Below, piece after piece: positions 7,929 to 15,371 of a stretch of 20,000 nucleotides of DNA. The notes beneath the pieces were generated by a model. The model saw only the letters and a program-made list of their open reading frames with translations. It was not told where the DNA came from and searched no databases. This DNA comes from an uncultured virus (IMG/VR IMGVR_UViG_3300044612_003086). Taxonomy: Duplodnaviria; Heunggongvirae; Uroviricota; Caudoviricetes. The stretch lies in the IMG/VR virus record IMGVR_UViG_3300044612_003086, positions 113,892 to 133,891 of that record; one strand, given 5' to 3'. A program made the position numbers and the translations under genes. Numbering within the stretch: position 1 is the first letter of the stretch; every line of letters begins with the position of its first letter.

Positions 7929-8592
7929 GCGCAAAATCTCCTGTTGCTAGCCCCATTGGGGGAACATCTTTTGTCCATACATTAATGACCATTACTTGCC
8001 TTAGTCTAGACCCTGCTGGTGTCGTGTTATGTACCACATGGCCGGAATCAAATACTACGAGCCTGTTCCCCTTGTACCTAATCCTCTCTCTTTCATTTGG
8101 TGGAGAAGACGCGTATGCGGCAAGTACAGATGGCTCCAAGGCCAACGTTGAGCCATCCTCCAACCTTGAGTTGTGGATTTCGAGAAAGCCACCGTCATCA
8201 TTATCGCATCCATACCAAACACAGCCAATCCGCGGTCCGTAAAACGTACCTGTCAACAGATATGCAAATGTATCCTCATCTACATGCTCCCCTATGAACT
8301 GACCTGGTTCGAATGTCCTGGTCCAGTATTCGAAACCAATGACCTCTTCAATCGGAAAAGGTAATCTCTTTTTCCAGATTTCTTTTATAACTAAATGCTT
8401 GAGGCTTCTTGGTTGGCTTTTCCCCCATCCATCCCAAAACATATAGGACGATAGCTCCTTGGAATCCCCGTGATACGAGTTGAGACTTGTCGCTATTTGT
8501 TGACCATCTTCATATTTCGACGCGAAAAAAGTTTCATCGCGCAAGACTTGTTCGTACAATTCTGCCGGAACGCAGTTATCTTCAACGAACAT
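7921..8592 (-). CDS. Fe(II)/2OG oxygenase-like protein
   Basis: GFEYWTR, HVDED, GGFLEI, NRLVVFD...HVVH, RQVMVINVW: HxD...H...R double-stranded beta-helix pattern. Confidence 0.8.
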   Translation of the reverse strand: MFVEDNCVPAELYEQVLRDETFFASKYEDGQQIATSLNSYHGDSKELSSYMFWDGWGKSQPRSLKHLVIKEIWKKRLPFPIEEVIGFEYWTRTFEPGQFIGEHVDEDTFAYLLTGTFYGPRIGCVWYGCDNDDGGFLEIHNSRLEDGSTLALEPSVLAAYASSPPNERERIRYKGNRLVVFDSGHVVHNTTPAGSRLRQVMVINVWTKDVPPMGLATGDFAHE

Positions 8593-8595
8593 AAT

Positions 8596-9312
8596 TTATA
8601 AAAACTTTTCATTCGGAAATTTACTTCTGAGGTAAGCAAGGTCAAAGTCGAACATCAAAACAAGACGTCTTGATGTACCATCATGTCTTACCGAGTGCTC
8701 AAACGGCGGGCCATCCTTGAAAGCAAGAATCTTGCCTTCTTCCCAACTTTTTGTTTCGTCGCCTACGGTTATTCTACAGTCCTTATCGTTTATTAGGCAC
8801 AGGTGACTTCTCATTAGTTGGTCAGAACCAAAATGCGGATTTACTACCGCCCCAGGATGCATTATGCTGAACATTCCGCCAGAACATTGGTTGCTGTCAG
8901 CGAACTCAGCAACTATCGAGTTAAACGTTTTGAATTGTTTCCTAACGTGCTCTAGGTGTGTTTCTAGATTGGCTTTTGTTTTCCACCTCAGTATTTTTTT
9001 TACCATTTCCGTATTTGCCCACTGCTTGGGGTCACTTGCTGGTGGAGTTCCGGCAACCGCTACGTCCCAGGAGCCTGTATAAAGCTTTCGCCTATCCCCT
9101 TCCGGCAAGTCTGATTGTGGATTTTCGTACCTTGCGTGAGAGAGGGTAACATTTGGGGCAGGCAGAGAAACCTTGTTATCGGAGTATGGGTGTTGAGTGT
9201 TTTCGTAAACGATGTACTCGTCACGTATCTTTTCCCAGTTTTTCTCAATCTGCACACACACGGGCAAGGACCTGATTAATTCATCCCAGAACCTTGGCTG
9301 CAAGTCACTCAT
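8596..9312 (-). CDS. Aspartyl/asparaginyl beta-hydroxylase family protein (AspH/LpxO-like)
   Basis: NWEKIRDE, FSIMHPGAVVNPHFG, RSHLCL, VGDETKSWEEGKILAF.D...EHSV.H.G...RLVLMFD match the Asp_Arg_Hydrox motif series. Confidence 0.88.
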   Translation of the reverse strand: MSDLQPRFWDELIRSLPVCVQIEKNWEKIRDEYIVYENTQHPYSDNKVSLPAPNVTLSHARYENPQSDLPEGDRRKLYTGSWDVAVAGTPPASDPKQWANTEMVKKILRWKTKANLETHLEHVRKQFKTFNSIVAEFADSNQCSGGMFSIMHPGAVVNPHFGSDQLMRSHLCLINDKDCRITVGDETKSWEEGKILAFKDGPPFEHSVRHDGTSRRLVLMFDFDLAYLRSKFPNEKFL

Positions 9313-9348
9313 TTTTTGATACTAACACGTTTCACGTGCTTAAAGATT
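9313..9348 (-). promoter_or_regulatory. Candidate extended -10 promoter (TGTTAGTAT) for a leaderless transcript
   Basis: Minus strand reads ...ACG-TGTTAGTAT-CAAAAA-ATG: TGnTAnnnT lies 6 nt before the ATG at 9312, with no Shine-Dalgarno, in one of the few intergenic gaps. It overlaps a short inverted repeat (CACGT-GAA-ACGTG). Confidence 0.4.
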
Positions 9349-10074
9349 TTAATTTTTAATGAAAACCGTTTGTCCGTATCCGTTGGCCAGGTGGTATGTG
9401 TGCCCGTCGCTGTTTTTAAGAATTTCATGCATGCTTGAATATGGGTGAATATGAAAGTCTTCCCTGTAAAGCTTCGTATTGTGATTGGACATGCCAATCA
9501 GTAGAACACCACCAGGATTCAGTGATTCAACCAAATCTTTAACAAGTTTGTCATTGCCCACAAGAGACCAACCCCAGCAAATGGCCATGTCAAATGTGTT
9601 TTCAGATATTTCATTTGGCTCGACGACGCAGTATTCGTTAAGCTCATTGATGCCCGGGCCAGGTAATTCTAGTTCCCCGGCAATATGCTCCAAAAAGAAC
9701 AATGAGTGATTATTCACAAAACACAAGTCTGTGTCTGGAAATTTTGCTTTATACATACTCCAAAGTAGTATTTCTGCATCGACGAATAACAAGGAATTTG
9801 GCTTCTTTGTCATTAGAACTTGTTCTTGAGCGATGTATTCAGCTTCGATTATCGCTGCCCATTCTGGTTCCATTCCCTTAATGAGTTCATAAATCCAGTA
9901 TGTGTTCAGTCCTGCTACAGCAACATTTCTCTTGTCAAGATTGATTGATGAAAGCCAGCTTGATACCGCGCTTCCTGCATCGCTCATCAACTGAGCAAAA
10001 TCAATATTGTTGCTAAATTGGGTCTTTGATGACTGCTGCGTCACCAGAGCGCTCCTAATTGCAAAATTATCCAT
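9349..10074 (-). CDS. Class I SAM-methyltransferase-like protein (degenerate motif I)
   Basis: C-terminal half has ENTFDMAIC and LVESLNPGGVLLI (motifs II/III); no glycine-rich motif I visible. Confidence 0.55.
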   Translation of the reverse strand: MDNFAIRSALVTQQSSKTQFSNNIDFAQLMSDAGSAVSSWLSSINLDKRNVAVAGLNTYWIYELIKGMEPEWAAIIEAEYIAQEQVLMTKKPNSLLFVDAEILLWSMYKAKFPDTDLCFVNNHSLFFLEHIAGELELPGPGINELNEYCVVEPNEISENTFDMAICWGWSLVGNDKLVKDLVESLNPGGVLLIGMSNHNTKLYREDFHIHPYSSMHEILKNSDGHTYHLANGYGQTVFIKN

Positions 10075-10375
10075 TTTGGATTACCGCCAATACAACTTGT
10101 CTCTGGAACCAGAGATGCCTTGCCCTATTTGTTAGTAGAAAATTTCTTTTACGCGTTAAGTCGTAGTATGGTTTTCCCTGTTGGTTAAATGTCGAACTGC
10201 TCATGTGAAATGACTGTCTCAGACTAAAAAAAATGTCGTCGAACTCGACTTCGGATATTTGATTGAACTCCATACCGGCTATGTACATTATCTTTGCGAG
10301 TTCGCGCTCTATTTCCTGCAAGTGCGAAGCAGCATCGAAGAGAGGCTCTTCACCGTGTTGTCTAGTCTGTTTCAT
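10067..10375 (-). CDS. Hypothetical helical protein (102 aa)
   Basis: Tiles the operon; weak similarity to the small proteins at 10681-11382 (IERELAKIMYIAGM). Confidence 0.7.
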   Translation of the reverse strand: MKQTRQHGEEPLFDAASHLQEIERELAKIMYIAGMEFNQISEVEFDDIFFSLRQSFHMSSSTFNQQGKPYYDLTRKRNFLLTNRARHLWFQRQVVLAVIQNG

Positions 10376-10670
10376 CTGTAAATTCCTCGGTCCAGTCGTC
10401 GTTTATATCAATCGGGTCTTGTCCAAATTGGGACATTGGGTCATTCCCCTGTAGGCGCTCACAAAATAATGCAGCGCCGTCCGGAAGAACGAAAGAAAAA
10501 GTTTTTGGGTTCCAGTGCAAAACATTTTCTGTTCTATCTGGATTGTCCATTGGGTTGGTTATGTCTGGTTCTGATTTTGACTGCTCAGGACAGATGTTGT
10601 ATTGCCCTGTAGCGATGGCAGCGTCCACCAGCGGAACATTCCTTTTGATTGGCGGTAAATTCAGCTCCAC
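10362..10670 (-). CDS. Hypothetical acidic protein (102 aa)
   Basis: GTG start 10 nt after the upstream stop; tiles the operon. Confidence 0.7.
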   Translation of the reverse strand: MELNLPPIKRNVPLVDAAIATGQYNICPEQSKSEPDITNPMDNPDRTENVLHWNPKTFSFVLPDGAALFCERLQGNDPMSQFGQDPIDINDDWTEEFTDETD

Positions 10671-10680
10671 AATGAAACCA

Positions 10681-10896
10681 CTACGAGAGTCGCTGCAGAG
10701 ACTCTATTTGTCTAATCAGATTGTTGAAAGACTTGTATCTTGTTGCGTCTGATTCTGGAGTCTCTGGGTTTTCAAAATTCTCATCAAGTGTTTCTGGATT
10801 GACGCCAAGAGAAAGGGCAAGTACGTATATCGAGTATTCAAGATATTGCTTTGCTTCTTGTCGTGCTTGTTGTTTTTGTTCATCCGAAAGCGCCAT
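10681..10896 (-). CDS. Small helical hypothetical protein (71 aa)
   Basis: Clear AGGAG RBS upstream; LALSLGVNPETL motif. Confidence 0.8.
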   Translation of the reverse strand: MALSDEQKQQARQEAKQYLEYSIYVLALSLGVNPETLDENFENPETPESDATRYKSFNNLIRQIESLQRLS

Positions 10897-10908
10897 GTTG
10901 ATTTTCTC

Positions 10909-11154
10909 CTATTTAAGTGTGTCCATTGTCAGATTCGATGCTTGTCTAAAGTGGCCGACTTGGCGCAATAACTTTTCTTTGCGAGTTGGTCTATCAGAAT
11001 CACGAACATTAAGGTTTTCCATAACTTCATCTTCGGATATCTCAAGAGGGTCTATGGCGCTCAGAAGCAATGTATGAATCTGGGCGTTAATCAGCTGCTG
11101 ATGCAGTCTAAACCCAGCAGCAATCTTTGCCTGTTTGCTAATCCCAAATTGCAT
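10909..11154 (-). CDS. Small helical hypothetical protein (81 aa)
   Basis: Tiles the operon; LLLSAIDPLEI motif. Confidence 0.7.
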   Translation of the reverse strand: MQFGISKQAKIAAGFRLHQQLINAQIHTLLLSAIDPLEISEDEVMENLNVRDSDRPTRKEKLLRQVGHFRQASNLTMDTLK

Positions 11155-11160
11155 TTTTGC

Positions 11161-11382
11161 CTACGAGTTAAGTTCATTCAGCTTGCGCTTAATCAGTTTT
11201 ACTGCATTTATTGACTCATTGAGGATTGGGACCTCGAAATTGTGCTCAGCCTCAAGAATAAATGTGTCTGGGTCTATTCCGTGCCCAATCAGTCTTTCAA
11301 ACAACACCTTTTCGGCGTCCCTAAGGCTGCGCTCAAATATCCCGCGCTTCTCGTTATTTGTCAATTGAGACGAAAATTCCAT
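11161..11382 (-). CDS. Small helical hypothetical protein (73 aa)
   Basis: GGAG 7 nt before ATG 11382 (alternative GTG 11385); LIGHGIDPDTF motif. Confidence 0.75.
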   Translation of the reverse strand: MEFSSQLTNNEKRGIFERSLRDAEKVLFERLIGHGIDPDTFILEAEHNFEVPILNESINAVKLIKRKLNELNS

Positions 11383-11413
11383 CACCTATCTCCGATTGTG
11401 TTGTTTGCTTTGA

Positions 11414-11430
11414 ATCATACCACCATTATA
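11414..11430 (-). promoter_or_regulatory. Candidate internal sigma70-type -10 elements (TATAAT and extended TGGTATGAT)
   Basis: Minus strand reads TATAAT-GG-TGGTATGAT at the start of the ~40-nt gap upstream of the small-protein run; no convincing -35. Confidence 0.35.
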
Positions 11431-12133
11431 CTATGGGCTCCGAAAGTGCTGGCAGCCCAGCAAATGTTGGGCCTATTTGATTTCCGTCCGCGTCAAGACC
11501 TGTCTTAATGCCCTTTGTCCAAGTCCATGGGCGTTCGATATTGTTCTGCGACTTGAGTTGACCATATTTTGACCTTGCCTCCACCAGCTCCTTATCGTCC
11601 CATAGTGTCACTACCTCGAATTCTGCGTCTTTAATGATTTGAGGCGAGTAGATGTTAAAAAAACACAAAGGCGAACCGGCTGGGAAAACTACTTCCTGAT
11701 TTTCTTTTGTTATCTTCCAGTTCATTTGAACTTCGTCAGGCCACCACCACGAAGGAATCGTTGCTGACAGCCCGACAGCGCCGTCTATAAAGTAATTTGG
11801 AGAGCCCGAAATCCAAGTCTCATACCCTGGCTCGGTGTTTATAATCCATCCCATGTGTAGGGAAATGGTTCCTATTATTGATGATGTGGCTTGCTTTCTG
11901 CCGCTTTTAGTAAATTCGCCTGCAAGTATTTCGGGGGGAGTGTTTCCGCCGGACCATTTAATTACAAGGTCCTCCTCCATCTGCACTTCCCATCCCATTA
12001 CATTCGCCACGGAGACTGGCATGCATTGATAAGCGTGTTTTTTATGTGTCTCGTCCATCCAGTCTCTCTTTAATCTTGACTGAACTATCCGAGGTGGATT
12101 TGGGTCTGTTCTTTTTAAAACTATCTTGCTCAT
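11426..12133 (-). CDS. DUF6065-like protein
   Basis: RDWMD...HAYQCMPVSVANVMGW, SGSPNYFIDG...L...I..WW and MNWKIT...VVFPAGSPLC match the DUF6065 pattern as I recall it. Confidence 0.75.
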   Translation of the reverse strand: MSKIVLKRTDPNPPRIVQSRLKRDWMDETHKKHAYQCMPVSVANVMGWEVQMEEDLVIKWSGGNTPPEILAGEFTKSGRKQATSSIIGTISLHMGWIINTEPGYETWISGSPNYFIDGAVGLSATIPSWWWPDEVQMNWKITKENQEVVFPAGSPLCFFNIYSPQIIKDAEFEVVTLWDDKELVEARSKYGQLKSQNNIERPWTWTKGIKTGLDADGNQIGPTFAGLPALSEPIV

Positions 12134-12849
12134 TTCTTTACCGACATATCAATACTTGTTCCAGACGAAACCCCAGCCCCATATGTTGCCTTTGAGCCGT
12201 CAATATTCTCCCCGTAGCCATGTTTGTGAGTTCTGTCGTTGTAGTCAAACATGGTCACTGCCGCATACTTTGTTCCAGAAACAACAGGTCGCGACGCGTG
12301 GGCATACGTAAACGTAGATGGGAACATTACGTTGTCCCCAGCGGCAAACTTCACGTTTAGGTCAAGATATGGGAACCAAAGCTCACCCCCCTCGTAGTCG
12401 TCATTTATGTATATGACTGACGAAACTGTACAGTTATAAGAAAATCCATGGTCTGTGTGAACGTTGAAGTGCTGACCAGGCTTATATCGCACATAATTTA
12501 TGGCTTCACGATAATCCATTTTGATGTTAAATCTTTGCTGATAGTCGTTAAGACATGCCGTTAATATTTCAACGGTATCTTCGTATACTGAGCGAAGTCC
12601 GGAAAATTCTTGTGGCAAGTTTGCTATATGGGCATCTCCCAATTTACAATCAACGCAGTCTCTGTATTCTGGCATTTTTTGTTGGTCGCCAACGAGTGCA
12701 TCCATCCACATATACGGCGCGGTTTCACTGGACCCAATCGCCTCTTCAATTCTCTCCGGTATGTTCAATTCCCGTGGGAGCGCATTGCGATAGACGATTA
12801 TTGCCAATCTCGGGTCTCCAATAAACTCAACCTCGATATTTCTTACCAT
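12130..12849 (-). CDS. Prolyl-4-hydroxylase-like Fe(II)/2OG oxygenase (2OG-FeII_Oxy_3)
   Basis: VRYKPGQHFNVHTD, YINDDYEGGELWFP, FPSTFTYAHAS, GTKY; AGGAG RBS. Confidence 0.9.
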   Translation of the reverse strand: MVRNIEVEFIGDPRLAIIVYRNALPRELNIPERIEEAIGSSETAPYMWMDALVGDQQKMPEYRDCVDCKLGDAHIANLPQEFSGLRSVYEDTVEILTACLNDYQQRFNIKMDYREAINYVRYKPGQHFNVHTDHGFSYNCTVSSVIYINDDYEGGELWFPYLDLNVKFAAGDNVMFPSTFTYAHASRPVVSGTKYAAVTMFDYNDRTHKHGYGENIDGSKATYGAGVSSGTSIDMSVKK

Positions 12850-13381
12850 ATTGGTTGCTCCTTTTTTGTTTATGTTTCATAGAAAACCACATTGGGCATG
12901 CCCACCTATCCCCTCCGTATACATTATCTACATAATGAGCAAATTCAATACCGCCACCATAAATTACAACCCGGCCTGGGGATGGCTTCACGGTATTGCC
13001 CGTATCGGCAAAAACAAGTTCCCCCCCATTGAATTCTTGGTTCAAATACAGAACCGCAGACACATCAAAGTCCTCACACCCAAGCTTTGGTGAGCCATCC
13101 AAATTCTGCCTGTCTGCGTGCAGTGTTGGGACATGAAGTCCAGATTTGCTGACAAAAATTCCGGGCATTCTATGCTCAAGTTCAATGTCATATTTTTTCT
13201 CTGCGGCTGCCATGACAACCCATGATGCAAATATCAATGACTCGGCGGCTTCAAAATCTTCTGTCAGTAGTCTGTCAATTCCAATACTTTCGCCAATTTT
13301 TACTGCCGCCGACAATATTTTGGAAATAGTCGTATCTTCAAAAAGCGAATCTATGATATGTACTTTGTCTACTCTATTCAT
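12827..13381 (-). CDS. Prolyl-hydroxylase-like Fe(II)/2OG oxygenase
   Basis: LHAD, SAVLYLNQEFNGGELVF, HYV, GDRW. ATG 13381 (8-nt overlap) preferred over 13429. Confidence 0.88.
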   Translation of the reverse strand: MNRVDKVHIIDSLFEDTTISKILSAAVKIGESIGIDRLLTEDFEAAESLIFASWVVMAAAEKKYDIELEHRMPGIFVSKSGLHVPTLHADRQNLDGSPKLGCEDFDVSAVLYLNQEFNGGELVFADTGNTVKPSPGRVVIYGGGIEFAHYVDNVYGGDRWACPMWFSMKHKQKRSNQYGKKYRG

Positions 13382-14009
13382 CCACAACAGTATAGAACGA
13401 TGGGGTCGTATATCTCTCCCCAGATTCAACCATGCTTACCCCGTGTAAGTACCCAACATCACCAGGATGTATCACTGCCAAGCCGGGTTTTGGTCTAACG
13501 GTAATCCCGTGCTGTGGGTAATACAAATCGCCACCCTCAAAGTCGTCATTGTAATAGAACAATGAATTGATGTCGTAATCCGTGAAGGCGTTTGGTCTTC
13601 CGTCATTTAGTTGCTTATCGGCATGGGGGCGCTGCTCTATGCCTGCCCGCCATTTCATTATCACCGGAGGGCGCACTGAAACAGAAACCTGAAAAAGCTC
13701 TTCGATGAGGTTCTTCATTTTGTAGATGTATTTATCAACAATTTCATAAACCTCCGAGTTCAGCTCCTTTAAAATTTCAGAACTGCACTGCCTGTCGTTC
13801 CAGTATTCTGCGTTATACAAACATGTTCCATCTTCCGCATAAACGCTTTCGGCTGTGTTGTTCCATTTATTTATTGTTGGGCAAAATTTCTGAACTAAGA
13901 GCAAGTCTTCTAGTTCGATAAAATTTTCAATTATGTGGATGTTCTCTGGTCCGCTGCCAAAATGCCCGGGTTTTATCTTCCAGGGTGAATCGATATCAAT
14001 CATTTCCAT
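13374..14009 (-). CDS. Prolyl-hydroxylase-like Fe(II)/2OG oxygenase
   Basis: PHAD, YYNDDFEGGDLYYP, YLHGV, GERYT. Start at 14009 or 14003. Confidence 0.9.
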   Translation of the reverse strand: MEMIDIDSPWKIKPGHFGSGPENIHIIENFIELEDLLLVQKFCPTINKWNNTAESVYAEDGTCLYNAEYWNDRQCSSEILKELNSEVYEIVDKYIYKMKNLIEELFQVSVSVRPPVIMKWRAGIEQRPHADKQLNDGRPNAFTDYDINSLFYYNDDFEGGDLYYPQHGITVRPKPGLAVIHPGDVGYLHGVSMVESGERYTTPSFYTVVDE

Positions 14010-14784
14010 GTGATTTCCTTTGGGACGTTATATGTTCATACAACATAACATCCAATTTGCTTCTTTCAAGTATTTCCTTTTTTTGTGACGGGCTCGGTTT
14101 TATTCCAGCTCGGACCGATGAGTTCATTTTTTCTAAACCCAACCCTACAAATTCAACATTGAATTTATCCTTAAATTGATAAGTCAAATATTTTTCTACG
14201 GCCATTCGCTCGTTCATTTCAAAAATTGTAATGTCTTTAATTCTGTCTATTAGTTCTTTTTCTCCAGTAGGTAAATCGGACTCGACAAACCATGCACCAT
14301 TAGGCTGAATACTAACCCCTGGTGATTCATCCCCAACATCTAAGACTGCATTGATTTCAACCATCCTGCACGTAAGCATCTTGGTTTGCAAATTTCCGTC
14401 AGATGAAAACAATTTACATCCAAAAATTGTTTCGTATTTTCCGTCTAAGAACTTGTCAAGAATTTCGTTTGTAAATTCCCTTCGGGACGACATGGCCCTG
14501 TATGCAGCAATGCTGACAAAATGGTCTACCGGCTCCCTTATAACGGAGAACGTCTCCAGGCTGCTGTCGTTGTGTAAAATTGGATTGATTGCAAAATGAC
14601 CACTAATTGTGGGCCATTCGCTCATTGTTATGTGATTATATGAAAATTCAAAAATCCCAGGGGTTTGGTTTTCGTATTTATCAAGACCCTTTTTGTATCT
14701 ATCCAGTTCAAACGATTTATGTATTGCGTAAAGTATTCCGGTCCCAGATGTGCGCGGTATATGCAGATGATAAAGATTACCCAT
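13996..14784 (-). CDS. Sulfotransferase family protein (Sulfotransfer_2-like)
   Basis: 5'-PSB-like HLHIPRTSGT at the N-terminus, SGHF, 3'-PB-like IREPVDHFVS and C-terminal LDVMLYE. Confidence 0.8.
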   Translation of the reverse strand: MGNLYHLHIPRTSGTGILYAIHKSFELDRYKKGLDKYENQTPGIFEFSYNHITMSEWPTISGHFAINPILHNDSSLETFSVIREPVDHFVSIAAYRAMSSRREFTNEILDKFLDGKYETIFGCKLFSSDGNLQTKMLTCRMVEINAVLDVGDESPGVSIQPNGAWFVESDLPTGEKELIDRIKDITIFEMNERMAVEKYLTYQFKDKFNVEFVGLGLEKMNSSVRAGIKPSPSQKKEILERSKLDVMLYEHITSQRKSHGND

Positions 14785-15361
14785 TTTGGGCCATCTCTAT
14801 TAATTTCCTGTGTTTTTCTGGAACCCAGAAGTGGGGAGATGTATATCTAACTCCTTCTATCACTTGCCTTACGCCATGGAGGTAATAACTGCTGGATGGA
14901 AAAAATATCAAAGAACCCTCTTTTGGTTTTAGTTCAAGTCCGTGTTGCGGAAAATATATTTCCCCACCTGTGTAATTCTGATTTATATAAATTACGGAAC
15001 CGTAATCAACTATGTATGTTCCGTTTGGCGTGCCGTCTAGGTCTTCGCCATCCGCGTGAAGACCTTGACTCTCCCCAGAGTCCCATCTTCGTATGCCCGG
15101 TCTTGCTGTCTCTAGGATTCTCCCAAATTTAAACTCAATCATTTTCTTTACGTCATCAACGTATGATTGCATTATTTCATAGAGTTCGGGGTTATCCTTC
15201 TGCATTTTTTTGTATGTGGATATCTTGTCATTACCGCCCTTTGACCATGACTCCCACTCATTGATTGAATAGCAATAGCGATATGCAAGTTCGACGTGTT
15301 CGGGCGTCATAAAATTTTCTACTACAACTATGTTTGATTTGTCGGCAGCTGCAGCTCTCAT
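14777..15361 (-). CDS. Prolyl-hydroxylase-like Fe(II)/2OG oxygenase
   Basis: LHAD, YINQNYTGGEIYFPQH, YLHGV, GVRYTSP; close paralog of 13374..14009. Confidence 0.9.
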   Translation of the reverse strand: MRAAAADKSNIVVVENFMTPEHVELAYRYCYSINEWESWSKGGNDKISTYKKMQKDNPELYEIMQSYVDDVKKMIEFKFGRILETARPGIRRWDSGESQGLHADGEDLDGTPNGTYIVDYGSVIYINQNYTGGEIYFPQHGLELKPKEGSLIFFPSSSYYLHGVRQVIEGVRYTSPHFWVPEKHRKLIEMAQNG

Positions 15362-15371
15362 GGCTACAACC

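Noticed and set aside
1982..15361. DNA hypermodification (TET/JBP or AlkB) cluster as the explanation for the oxygenases
   Set aside because: Motifs resemble P4H, AspH and HxH types rather than TET/JBP or AlkB. No nucleotide kinase, thymidylate synthase or DNA glycosyltransferase is present, and the flanks are structural genes. Disfavoured, not excluded.
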